Below, one piece after another: positions 28,657 to 41,969 of a stretch of 64,000 nt of DNA (positions are counted from its first letter, which is position 1; each line of letters opens with the position of its first letter). The notes beneath the pieces are model-generated. The model searched no databases. It worked only from the letters and a program-made list of their open reading frames with translations, and was not told where the DNA came from. The position numbers and the translations under genes are program-made. This DNA is from Eledone cirrhosa. Its lineage: Eukaryota. The stretch spans positions 14,074,001 through 14,138,000 of the forward strand of contig OZ024766.1 in assembly GCA_964016885.1 (NCBI GenBank). Direction: 5' to 3'.

Positions 28657-29200
28657 TATATTAATAAATGGAAACTATATTTATAAAATCATATTTATTT
28701 TATTATACATATTTCAAGGGCAACCAAGGCAAACTGTTGAGTGCTTTATATCAGTTATAAAAATGTTTAAGCTTATTGAATCCCAACAAATTAAATATAA
28801 CCTCTGCATATATATATATTTATATATATATATATAAATATATATAATACAACATTAGAATTACTACTACATTTTACTTTCTATCTCTGTCTCTCACATC
28901 TCTTTCTCTCCCTCTATCTCCCTCTCTCGATATCCCTCTCTTTCTCTCACCCCCCTCTCTCTCTCTATCTCTCTCTATCTCTCCTCCTGTCTCTCCCATA
29001 CACTTACCTAAGGTCATGTAATTTAACTGGGTGTGACTTTCTCAAAAGTTAATACAAAGACTTGCTTTCAACTGACAGAAACATAGCTACGATGTTGCAC
29101 ACTCATATCATGTGTCTGTATGGCTGACTGCCTGAACTTCATACAGAAATAAAAAACCCCACACAACCAACATTCTGGGGTTGATAAAATATAATTGTTT

Positions 29201-30270
29201 CTAATTATATTGACTAATTATATTTACGAATAATATTGACTAATAATATTGACTAATTATATTGACTAATTATATTTACTAATAATATTGACTAATAATA
29301 TTGACTAATTATATTGACTAATTATATTGACTAATTATATTTACTAATAATATTGACTAATTATATTTACTAATAATATTGACTAATTATATTGACTAAT
29401 TATATTGACTAATTATATTGACTAATTATATTTACTAATAATATTGACTAATAATATTGACTAATTATATTGACTAATTATATTTACTAATTATATTGAC
29501 TAATTATATTGACTAATTATATTGACTAATTATATTGACTAATTATATTGACTAATTATATTTACTAATAATAGTAACTAATTATATGAACTAATAATTA
29601 TTTCTACATTAGCCACAAGGCCAGCAATTACCCAGTACATTACTGGTACTTTATTTTATCGACCCCGTAAGGATGAAAGGCAAAGTTAACCTCATTAACT
29701 AATTATATTGACTAATAATATTGACTAATTATATTAACTAATAATATTAACTAATATTATCACCTAATAATATTAACTAATAACATTCACTAATTATATT
29801 AACTAATAATATTAACTAATATTATCAACTAATAATATTCACTAATAATTTAAATAATTTTTACATTAGGCACAAGGCCAGCAATTACCCCAGTGTATTA
29901 CTGGTACTTTATTTTATCAACCCCGTAAGGATGAAGGGCAAAGTTAACCTCGGCGGGATTTGAATTAGTTAATATTATTCGGTGGATTGTCAGTATCGGT
30001 GGAGCGTCGGACGCCATGCTTTGATGCATAGAGTTATATAATTAGTAAATATTATTAGTTAATATTATTAGTTAATATAATTAGTTAATATTATTAGTTA
30101 ATATAAATAGTTATTATTATTAGTTAATATTATTAGTTAATATTATTAGTTAATATTATTTAGTTAATATTATTAGTTAATATTATTAGTCAATATAATT
30201 AGTTAATATTATTAGTTAATATAATTAGTTAATATTATTAGTTAATATTATTAGTCAATAATAATATTAA
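29201..30270. repeat. 13-bp satellite blocks, unit 6
   Basis: Same 13-mer in both orientations. Confidence 0.9.
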
Positions 30271-30723
30271 TGGCAGTGGATTGGCAGTATCAGTGGAGGG
30301 TCGGACGCCATGCTTTGATGCATAGAGTTACGGCCCTTGCCATTCTGAGTTCAAATCCCACCGAGGTTAACTTTGCCTTTCATCCTTACGGGGTCGATAA
30401 AATAAAGTAGCAGTAATTCACTGGGGTAATTGCTGGCCTTGTGCCTAACGTAGAAACAATTATTAACTAATATTTCTAACTAATAATATTGATTGTTGAC
30501 TAGAAATTTAGAGATTATTTTAATGGTTTCTGATTTAGATGCAAGGCCAACACATTTGGGGAAGGGGTGTTGATTGACCCCAGTGTGTTACTGGTACTTT
30601 ATTTTATCAACCCAGTAAGGATGAAAGGCAAAGCTTACCTTGATGGGATTTGAACTCAGAACGTAAAGGGCCGTAACTGGGTTCAAATCCTACTGAAGTT
30701 ATAGCTCTGGCTTTCATCCTAAC

Positions 30724-31174
30724 AGGGTTGATAAAGTAAAGTACCAGTAACGTACTGGGGTTGATAAAGTAAAGTACCTGTAACGTTCTTGGGTGGATAA
30801 AGTAAGGTACCAGTAATGTACTGGGGTTGATAAAGTAAAGTACCAGTAATGTACTGGGTTTGATAAAGTAAAGTATCAGTAACGTACTGGGGTTGATAAA
30901 GTAAAGTACCAGTAATGTACTGGGGTTGATAAAGTAAAGTACCAGTAACGTACTGGGGTTGATAAAGTAAAGTACCAGGAATGTACTGGGGTTGATAAAG
31001 TAAAGTACCAGTAATGTACTGGGGTTGATAAAATAAAGTACCAGTAACGTACTGGGGTTGATAAAGTAAAGTACCAGTAAAGTACTGGGGTTGACAAAAT
31101 AAAGTACCAGTAATGTACTGGGATTGATAAAATAAAGTACCAGTAATGTACTGGGGTTGATAAAATAAAGTACC
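30724..31174. repeat. 33-bp minisatellite (~13.7 copies)
   Basis: Same unit. Confidence 0.95.
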
Positions 31175-31217
31175 TGGCCTGGTGAGAGATAAAAGCTGAG
31201 ATATGAAAATAACTAAC

Positions 31218-31355
31218 CTTTCTGACAACTGTTTCCTTCATAACCTGGAGCACATCTACCCCTTGAACAGATCCCTAATTCCACATTACACCTGTTGTTA
31301 TCTTCACAATGACACACCTGATCACAGTTGGCACCAAGTCTTCCACTACTGCACA
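31218..31355 (-). CDS. EGF-like internal exon, copy 7 (consensus)
   Basis: Same splice sites and module. Confidence 0.85.
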
Positions 31356-33067
31356 CTGTAACAGGAAAACATTGGTGTAGATCAGGGATTGCCAACTTCT
31401 TTGCCTCCATGGGCCGGACGAACGCCATAAAAGAATAATTATGGAAAATTACACAAGCTAAAATTTTTATCTCGAGTGTTGACTATACTATTCATTTCTC
31501 AAATCTTGAATTATATTCACAAATACCTCTGAATCCTGTGATTTCCCTCCTTGAAATGATGGAAAATGCACATAATTTTTATTTCAAAGTTGATGTTCCC
31601 ACAACTGTAGCTTTTTTTCAAAGGCAACAATATGGTTATACATTTCATTTACGAGCTGAGTTTTAACTTGAAGTTGTAAATTTAAGTTATTTAACCCTTT
31701 AGCACTTACATTACTCTATATTTACTATTGTAATGTCACAGTAAACACTTTATCTTATATAGTTATCTCACATAATATTGAATCTATGAGATTTTGATAA
31801 TCTTTATTTTGAGAAGAATACCTTAACGTCAGTATGAGTGGCTAGTTACAGCCGGTTTGAACAGAAAAAAGTGAGAGATTTCTGGCCGGATATGGCCGGT
31901 TTAAATGGTAAAGGGTTAAACGAGTCACAATATCCTCAATAAATACCAAAGTTGTAACAGCAGGCCTTTTATTGTATTCGAAAGGAATAATACGTATTAT
32001 TCTTTTATAATCTTTTATTATCTCTATAATTGTATTATTCTTTATCGAAAGGTTGTGAGTTCAATTCTCAGACCGGTTAATGTGTTGTTTCCTTGAGCAA
32101 GACACTTTATTTCAAATTGCTCCAGTTTACTCAGCTGTAGAAATGAGATGATAGGGACTGGGGTCCCTATCATTCCACTGTAAAGTGGTCCTAGAGGTGC
32201 CACGGCAAAAAATCACCCAGCACTCACTGTAAATGAGGTTGGTTTTAGGAAGGGCATCAAGCTGTAGAAATCAAGCCAGAATCAGTTCCTGTCCCACTCT
32301 TGCAAGCAGGGAAAAGGGGACGTAAAATGAAATGATTTCATAATTCAGGGGTTGATAAAATATAGTACCAGTGATATCCTGGGGTAGATTTAATAGAATA
32401 GCTTAACTCGCACTCACATATATATATATCTACTAACCAAAGTATCGCGTGATCTGGTGCGTTATGGTCCACCTCGTTCCTTACCATACTTCCTACCACA
32501 CACACACACATATATAGATATATACTTATAAATATATACAGAATAAGGAGCAGGTATTACAATAACCTGGGGTTCAAGGGCCCTCACCTCTTCAACAAGC
32601 TGCCAAGGAATTTGAGAGATCTGCATGGTGTGGACGTGGATGTTTTCAAGGAACATCTCGACACCCTGTTACCAGGATCCTGGATGAGCCCACAGCATGG
32701 TTCGAAGGTAACCTAAGGGCAGCAACAACGAACCCCCTCTTTGCCGAATGGCCAACCAACACAGGTTGGAGAAAGAATGTGTAACAAGAGCATGCCCCAG
32801 CATGGCCTCAACTGGATCGCTGGAACACGTTAAAAGAGAAAAAGAGAATATATATATATATATATACATATAATGTAGGACGTGAGTTTTATTGTGGTAC
32901 AATAAAGCAATGCAGATATCGGATAAGAAGCACTCTACAGTTTGTAGGACTGGAGTATACATAATATAAGATCAAAAGATGGTTAAAGGAGTTCCATGTA
33001 TTTTATTATGCGCATTTAAAACTGCACTATCCACAAGTGTTTTTTTAGCCTTCATATCATGTTCTCC

Positions 33068-33138
33068 TGTTTTATCTGATGAAAACACAAATATTATTGC
33101 ATGATGATGTTTGTTTTTGAAATGCGCATAATAAAATA
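33068..33138 (+). ncRNA. Type I hammerhead ribozyme motif, unit 7
   Basis: Identical to 7255-7325. Confidence 0.8.
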
Positions 33139-33493
33139 CATGGAACTCCTTTAACCATCTTTTGATCTTATATTATATTTACATATATATATATTTATAT
33201 TTATATTTCTGGCTATTTCTGGCTGTCGATGGTCCTATTCAGGCCACTGGGATGACGTTGTTCAACGAGTGTATTTTTAAAAAAATGCAACAAGTGGTTC
33301 AAATCATTCGCAGATTTGCATTTGCTGTGTAAACGCAGATGGTTATTTTTCTTCTCATTTGGTGAACATCCAAGAATTTAACTGCTGTGATTTACGGATT
33401 AATAGGTGAAATATATTTCTTACTTAAAGAGCCAGGAACCCAACGGCTGAGCTCCGGCCAGAGATCAGCAGTTGGGGTCCTGACTCTTTTCCT

Positions 33494-33578
<85 letters not shown>

Positions 33579-34243
33579 ACGAAGGAAATGTGGTAAGGAA
33601 CCAGGTGGACCATAACGCACCAAAGTACTCAATACTTGAGGTGGTAGAGTGGGTAATAGGAACCTTATTATATATTTATATATATATATATATAAATAAT
33701 ATATTAATAAATGGAAACTATATTTATAAAACCATATTTATTTTATTATACATATTTCAAGGGCAACCAAGGCAAACTGTTGAGTGCTTTATATCAGTTA
33801 TAAAAATGTTTAAGCTTATTGAATCCCAACAAATTAAATATAACCTCTGCATATATATATATTTATATATATATATATAAATTTATATAATACAACATTA
33901 GAATTACTACTACATTTTACTTTCTATCTCTGTCTCTCACATCTCTTTCTCTCCCTCTATCTCCCTCTCTCGATATCCCTCTCTTTCTCTCACCCCCCTC
34001 TCTCTCTCTATCTCTCTCTATCTCTCCTCCTGTCTCTCCCATACACTTACCTAAGGTCATGTAATTTAACTGGGTGTGACTTTCTCAAAAGTTAATACAA
34101 AGACTTGCTTTCAACTGACAGAAACATAGCTACAATGTTGCACACTCATATCATGTGTCTGTATGGCTGACTGCCTGAACTTCATACAGAAATAAAAAAC
34201 CCCACACAACCAACATTCTGGGGTTGATAAAATATAATTGTTT

Positions 34244-35664
34244 CTAATTATATTGACTAATTATATTTACGAATAATATTGACTAATTATATTGACTAAT
34301 TATATTGACTAATAATATTGACTAATAATATTGACTAATTATATTGACTAATTATATTGACTAATTATATTTACTAATAATATTGACTAATAATATTGAC
34401 TAATTATATTTACTAATAATATTGACTAATAATATTGACTTATTATATTGACTAATTATATTGACTAATTATATTGACTAATTATATTTACTAATAATAT
34501 TGACTAATTATATTTACTAATAATATTGACTAATAATATTGACTAATTATATTGACTAATTATATTGACTAATTATATTGACTAATTATATTGACTAATT
34601 ATATTTACTAATAATATTGACTAATTATATTTACTAATAATATTGACTAATTATATTGACTAATTATATTGACTAATTATATTGACTAATTATATTTACT
34701 AATAATATTGACTAATAATATTGACTAATTATATTGACTAATTATATTTACTAATTATATTGACTAATTATATTGACTATTTATATTGACTAATTATATT
34801 GACTAATTATATTGACTAATTATATTTACTAATAATAGTAACTAATTATATGAACTAATAATTATTTCTACATTAGCCACAAGGCCAGCAATTACCCAGT
34901 ACATTACTGGTACTTTATTTTATCGACCCCGTAAGGATGAAAGGCAAAGTTAACCTCATTAACTAATTATATTGACTAATAATATTAACTAATTATATTG
35001 ACTAATTATATTAACTAATAATATTAACTAATATTATCACCTAATAATATTAACTAATAACATTCACTAATTATATTAACTAATAATATTAACTAATATT
35101 ATCAACTAATAATATTCATTAATAATTTAAATAATTTTTACATTAGGCACAAGGCCAGCAATTACCCCAGTGTATTACTGGTACTTTATTTTATCAACCC
35201 CGTAAGGATGAAGGGCAAAGTTAACCTCGGCGGGATTTGAATTAGTTAATATTATTCGGTGGATTGGCAGTATCGGTGGAGCGTCGGACGCCATGCTTTG
35301 ATGCATAGAGTTACGGCCCTTAGTCAATATAATTAGTAAATATTATTAGTTAATATTATTAGTTAATATAATTAGTTAATATTATTAGTTAATATAATTA
35401 GTTAATATTATTAGTTAATATTATTAGTTAATATAATTAGTTAATATTATTAGTTAATATTATTAGTTAATATAATTAGTTAATATAATTAGTTAATATT
35501 ATTAGTTAATATAATTAGTTAATATTATTAGTTAATATTATTAGTTAATATAATTAGTTAATATTATTAGTTAATATTATTAGTTAATATTATTAGTCAA
35601 TATAATTAGTTAATATTATTAATTAATATAATTAGTTAATATTATTAGTCAATAATAACATTAA
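34244..35664. repeat. 13-bp satellite blocks, unit 7
   Basis: Same 13-mer in both orientations. Confidence 0.9.
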
Positions 35665-36117
35665 TGGCAGTGGATTGGCAGTATCAGTGGAGGGTGGGAC
35701 GCCATGCTTTGATGCATAGAGTTACGGCCCTTGCCATTCTGAGTTCAAATCCCACCGAGGTTAACTTTGCCTTTCATCCTTACGGGGTCGATAAAATAAA
35801 GTAGCAGTAATACACTGGGGTAATTGCTGGCCTTGTGCCTAACGTAGAAACAATTATTAACTAATATTACTAACTAATAATATTGATTGTTGACTAGAAA
35901 TTTAGAGATTATTTTAATGGTTTCTGATTTAGATGCAAGGCCAACACATTTGGGGAAGGGGTGTTGATTGACCCCAGTGTGTTACTGGTACTTTATTTTA
36001 TCAACCCAGTAAGGATGAAGGGCAAAGCTTACCTTGATGGGATTTGAACTCAGAACGTAAAGGGCCGTAAGTGGGTTCAAATCCTACTGAAGTTATAGCT
36101 CTGGCTTTCATCCTAAC

Positions 36118-36337
36118 AGGGTTGATAAAGTAAAGTACCAGTAACGTACTGGGGTTGATAAAGTAAAGTACCAGTAACGTACTGGGGTTGATAAAGTAAA
36201 GTACCAGTAACGTACTGGGGTTGATAAAGTAAAGTACCAGTAATGAACTGGGGTTGATAAAGTAAACTACCAGTAATGTACTGGGGTTAATAAAATAAAG
36301 TACCAGTAATGTACTGGGGTTGATAAAATAAAGTACC
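36118..36337. repeat. 33-bp minisatellite (~6.7 copies)
   Basis: Same unit. Confidence 0.95.
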
Positions 36338-36380
36338 TGGACTGGTGAGAGATAAAAGCTGAGATATGAAAATAACTAAC

Positions 36381-36518
36381 CTTTCTGACAACTGTTTCTT
36401 TCATAACCTGGAGCACATCTACCCCTTGAACAGATCCCTAATTCCACATTACACCTGTTGTTATCTTCACAATGACACACCTGATCACAGTTGGCACCAA
36501 GTCTTCCACTACTGCACA
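36381..36518 (-). CDS. EGF-like internal exon, copy 8 (G41R)
   Basis: Same splice sites; ends YERNSCQK. Confidence 0.85.
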
Positions 36519-38233
36519 CTGTAACAGGAAAACATTGGTGTAGATCAGGGATTGGCAACTTCTTTGCCTCCATGGGCCGGACGAACGCCATAAAAGAATA
36601 ATTATGGAAAATTACACAAGCTAAAATTTAATCTCGAGTGTTGACTATACTATTCATTTCTCAAATCTTGAATTATATTCACAAATACCTCTGAATCCTG
36701 TGATTTCCCTCCTTGAAATGATGGAAAATGCACATAATTTTTATTTCAAAGTTGATGTTCCCACAACTGTAGCTTTTTTTCAAAGACAACAATATGGTTA
36801 TACATTTCATTTACGAGCTGTGTTTTACCTTGAAGTTGTAAATTTAAGTTATTTAACCCTTTAGCACTTACATTATTCTATATTTACTATTGTAGTTTCA
36901 CAGTAAACACTTTATCTTATATCGTTATCTCACATAATATTGAATCTATGAGATTTTGATATTATTTATTTTGAGAAGAATACCTTAACGTCAGTATGAG
37001 TGGCTAGTTACAGCCGGTTTGAACAGAAAAAAGTGAGAGATTTCTGGCCGGATATGGCCGGTTTAAATGCTAAAGGGTTAAACGAGTCACAATATCCTCA
37101 ATAAATACCAAAGTTGTAACAGCAGGCCTTTTATTGTATTCGAAAGGAATAATACGTATTATTCTTTTATAATCTTTTATAATCTCTATAATTGTATTAT
37201 TCTTTATCGAAAGGTTGTGAGTTCAATTCTCCGACCGGTTAATGTGTTGTTTCCTTGAGCAAGACACTTTATTTCAAATTGCTCCAGTTTACTCAGCTGT
37301 AGAAATGAGATGATAGGGACTGGAGTCCCTATCATTCCACTGTAAAGTGGTCGTAGAGGTGCCACGGCAAAAAATCACCCAGCACTCACTGTAAATGAGG
37401 TTGGTTTTAGGAAGGGCATCAAGCTGTAGAAATCAAGCCAGAATCAGTTCCTGTCCCACTCTTGCAAGCAGGGAAAAGGTGACGTAAAATGAAATGATTT
37501 CATAATTCAGGGGTTGATAAAATATAGTACCAGTGATATCCTGGAGTAGATTTAATAGAATAGCTTAACACACACTCACATATATATATATATCTACTAA
37601 CCAAAGTATCGCGTGATCTGGTGCGTTATGGTCCACCTCGTTCCTTACCATACTTCCTACCACACACACACATATATAGATATATACTTATAAATATATA
37701 CAGAATAAGGAGCAGGTATTACAATAACCTGGGGTTCAAAGGCCCTCACCTCTTCAACAAGCTGCCAAGGAATTTGAGAGATCTGCATGGTGTGGACGTG
37801 GATGTTTTCAAGGAACATCTCGACACCCTGTTACCAGGATCCTGGATGAGCCCACAGCATGGTTCGAAGGTAACCTAAGGGCAGCAACAACGAACCCCCT
37901 CTTTGCCAAATGGCCAACCAACACAGGTTGGAGAAAGAATGTGTAACAAGGGCATGCCCCAGCATGGCCTCAACTGGATCGCTGGAACACGTTAAAAGAG
38001 TAAAAGAGAATATATATATATATATATATATACATATAATGTAGGAGGTGAGTTTTATTGTAGTACAATAAAGCAATGCAGATATCGGATAAGAAGCACT
38101 CTACAGTTTGTAGGACTGGAGTATACATAATATAAGATCAAAAGATGGTTAAAGGAGTTCCATGTATTTTATTATGCGCATTTAAAACTGCACTATCCAC
38201 AAGTGTTTTTTTAGCCTTCATATCATGTTCTCC

Positions 38234-38304
38234 TGTTTTATCTGATGAAAACACAAATATTATTGCATGATGATGTTTGTTTTTGAAATGCGCATAATAA
38301 AATA
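38234..38304 (+). ncRNA. Type I hammerhead ribozyme motif, unit 8
   Basis: Identical to 7255-7325. Confidence 0.8.
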
Positions 38305-38659
38305 CATGGAACTCCTTTAACCATCTTTTGATCTTATATTATATATACATATATATATATTTATATTTATATTTCTGGCTATTTCTGGCTGTCGATGGTC
38401 CTATTCAGGCCACTGGGATGACGTTGTTCAACGAGTGTATTTTTAAAAAAATGCAACAAGTGGTTCAAATCATTCGCAGATTTGCATTTGCTGTGTAAAC
38501 GCAGATGGTTATTTTTCTTCTCATTTGGTGAACATCCAAGAATTTAACTGCTGTGATTTACGGATTAATAGGTGAAATATATTTCTTACTTAAAGAGCCA
38601 GGAACCCAACGGCTGAGCTCCGGCCAGAGATCAGCAGTTGGGGTCCTGACTCTTTTCCT

Positions 38660-38708
<49 letters not shown>

Positions 38709-39373
38709 ACGAAGGAAATGTGGTAAGGAACCAGGTGGACCATAACGCACCAAAGTACTCAATACTTGAGGTAGTAGAGTGGGTAATAGGAACCTTATTA
38801 TATATTTATATATATATATATATAAATAATATATTAATAAATGGAAACTATATTTATAAAACCATATTTATTTTATTATACATATTTCAAGGGCAACCAA
38901 GGCAAACTGTTGAGTGCTTTATATCAGTTATAAAAATGTTTAAGCTTATTGAATCCCAACAAATTAAATATAACCTCTGCATATATATATATTTATATAT
39001 ATATATATAAATATATATAATACAACATTAGAATTACTACTACATTTTACTTTCTATCTCTGTCTCTCACATCTCTTTCTCTCCCTCTATCTCCCTCTCT
39101 CGATATCCCTCTCTTTCTCTCACCCCCCTCTCTCTCTCTCTCTCTCTCTATCTCTCCTCCTGTCTCTCCCATACACTTACCTAAGGTCATGTAATTTAAC
39201 TGGGTGTGACTTTCTCAAAAGTTAATACAAAGACTTGCTTTCAACTGACAGAAACATAGCTACGATGTTGCACACTCATATCATGTGTCTGTATGGCTGA
39301 CTGCCTGAACTTCATACAGAAATAAAATACCCCACACAACCAACATTCTGGGGTTGATAAAATATAATTGTTT

Positions 39374-40703
39374 CTAATTATATTGACTAATTATATTTAC
39401 GAATAATATTGACTAATAATATTGACTAATTATATTGACTAATTATATTTACTAATAATATTGACTAATAATATTGACTAATTATATTGACTAATTATAT
39501 TGACTAATTATATTTACTAATAATATTGACTAATAATATTGACTAATTATATTTACTAATAATATTGACTAATAATATTGACTAATTATATTGACTAATT
39601 ATATTGACTAATCATATTGACTAATTATATTGACTAATTATATTGACTAATTATATTTACTAATAATATTGACTAATTATATTTACTAATAATATTGACT
39701 AATTATATTGACTAATTATATTGACTAATTATATTGACTAATTATATTTACTAATAATATTGACTAATAATATTGACTAATTATATTGACTAATTATATT
39801 TACTAATTATATTGACTAATTATATTGACTAATTATATTGACTAATTATATTGACTAATTATATTGACTAATTATATTTACTAATAATAGTAACTAATTA
39901 TATGAACTAATAATTATTTCTACATTAGCCACAAGGCCAGCAATTACCCAGTACATTACTGGTACTTTATTTTATCGACCCCGTAAGGATGAAAGGCAAA
40001 GTTAACCTCATTAACTAATTATATTGACTAATAATATTAACTAATTATATTGACTAATTATATTAACTAATAATATTAACTAATATTATCACCTAATAAT
40101 ATTAACTAATAACATTCACTAATTATATTAACTAATAATATTAACTAATATTATCAACTAATAATATTCACTAATAATTTAAATAATTTTTACATTAGGC
40201 ACAAGGCCAGCAATTACCCCAGTGTATTACTGGTACTTTATTTTATCAACCCCGTAAGGATGAAGGGCAAAGTTAACCTCGGCGGGATTTGAATTAGTTA
40301 ATATTATTCGGTGGATTGGCAGTATCGGTGGAGCGTCGGACGCCATGCTTTGATGCATAGAGTTACGGCCCTTAGTCAATATAATTAGTAAATATTATTA
40401 GTTAATATAATTAGTTAATATAATTAGTTAATATAATTAGTTAATATAATTAGTTAATATTATTAGTTAATATTATTAGTTAATATAATTAGTTAATATT
40501 ATTAGTTAATATTATTAGTTAATATAATTAGTTAATATTATTAGTTAATATAATTAGTTAATATTATTAGTTAATATTATTAGTTAATATAATTAGTTAA
40601 TATTATTAGTTAATATTATTAGTTAATATTATTAGTCAATATAATTAGTTAATATTATTAATTAATATAATTAGTTAATATTATTAGTCAATAATAACAT
40701 TAA
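39374..40703. repeat. 13-bp satellite blocks, unit 8
   Basis: Same 13-mer in both orientations. Confidence 0.9.
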
Positions 40704-41138
40704 TGGCAGTGGATTGGCAGTATCAGTGGAGGGTCGGACGCCATGCTTTGATGCATAGAGTTACGGCCCTTGCCATTCTGAGTTCAAATCCCACCGAGGT
40801 TAACTTTGCCTTTCATCCTTACGGGGTCGATAAAATAAAGTAGCAGTAATTCACTGGGGTAATTGCTGGCCTTGTGCCTAACGTAGAAACAATTATTAAC
40901 TAATATTTCTAACTAATAATATTTAGAGATTATTTTAATGGTTTCTGATTTAGATGCAAGGCCAACACATTTGGGGAAGGGGTGTTGATTGACCCCAGTG
41001 TGTTACTGGTACTTTATTTTATCAACCCAGTAAGGATGAAAGGCAAAGCTTACCTTGATGGGATTTGAACTCAGAACGTAAAGGGCCGTAACTGGGTTCA
41101 AATCCTACTGAAGTTATAGCTCTGGCTTTCATCCTAAC

Positions 41139-41788
41139 AGGGTTGATAAAGTAAAGTACCAGTAACGTACTGGGGTTGATGAAGTAAAGTACCTGTAACG
41201 TTCTTGGGTTGATAAAGTAAGGTACCAGTAATGTACTGGGGGTTGATAAAGTAAAGTACCAGTAATGTACTGGGTTTGATAAAGTAAAGTATCAGTAACG
41301 TACTGGGGTTGATAAAGTAAAGTACCAGTAATGTACGGGGGTTGATAAAGTAAAGTACCAGTAACGTACTGGGGTTGATAAAGTAAAGTACCAGTAATGT
41401 ACTGGGGTTGATAAAGTAAAGTACCAGTAACGTACTGGGGTTGATAAAGTAAAGTACCAGTAATGTACTGGGGTTGATAAAATAAAGTACCAGTAATGTA
41501 CTGGAGTTGATAAAATAAAGTACTAGTAACGTACTGGGGTTGATAAAGTAAAGTACCAGGAATGTACTGGGATTGATAAAGTAAAGTACCAGTAATGTAC
41601 TGGGGTTGATAAAATAAAGTACCAGTAACGTACTGGGGTTGATAAAGTAAAGTACCAGTAACGTACTGGGGTTGACAAAATAAAGTACCAGTAATGTACT
41701 GGGATTGATAAAATAAAGTACCAGTAATGTACTGGGATTGATAAAATAAAGTACCAGTAATGTACTGGGGTTGATAAAATAAAGTACC
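41139..41788. repeat. 33-bp minisatellite (~19.7 copies)
   Basis: Same unit. Confidence 0.95.
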
Positions 41789-41831
41789 TGGACTGGTGAG
41801 AGATAAAAGCTGAGATATGAAAATAACTAAC

Positions 41832-41969
41832 CTTTCTGACAACTGTTTCCTTCATAACCTGGAGCACATCTACCCCTTGAACAGATCCCTAATTCCACAT
41901 TACACCTGTTGTTATCTTCACAATGACACACCTGATCACAGTTGGCACCAAGTCTTCCACTACTGCACA
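41832..41969 (-). CDS. EGF-like internal exon, copy 9 (consensus; most 5' copy in transcription order)
   Basis: Same splice sites and module. Confidence 0.85.
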
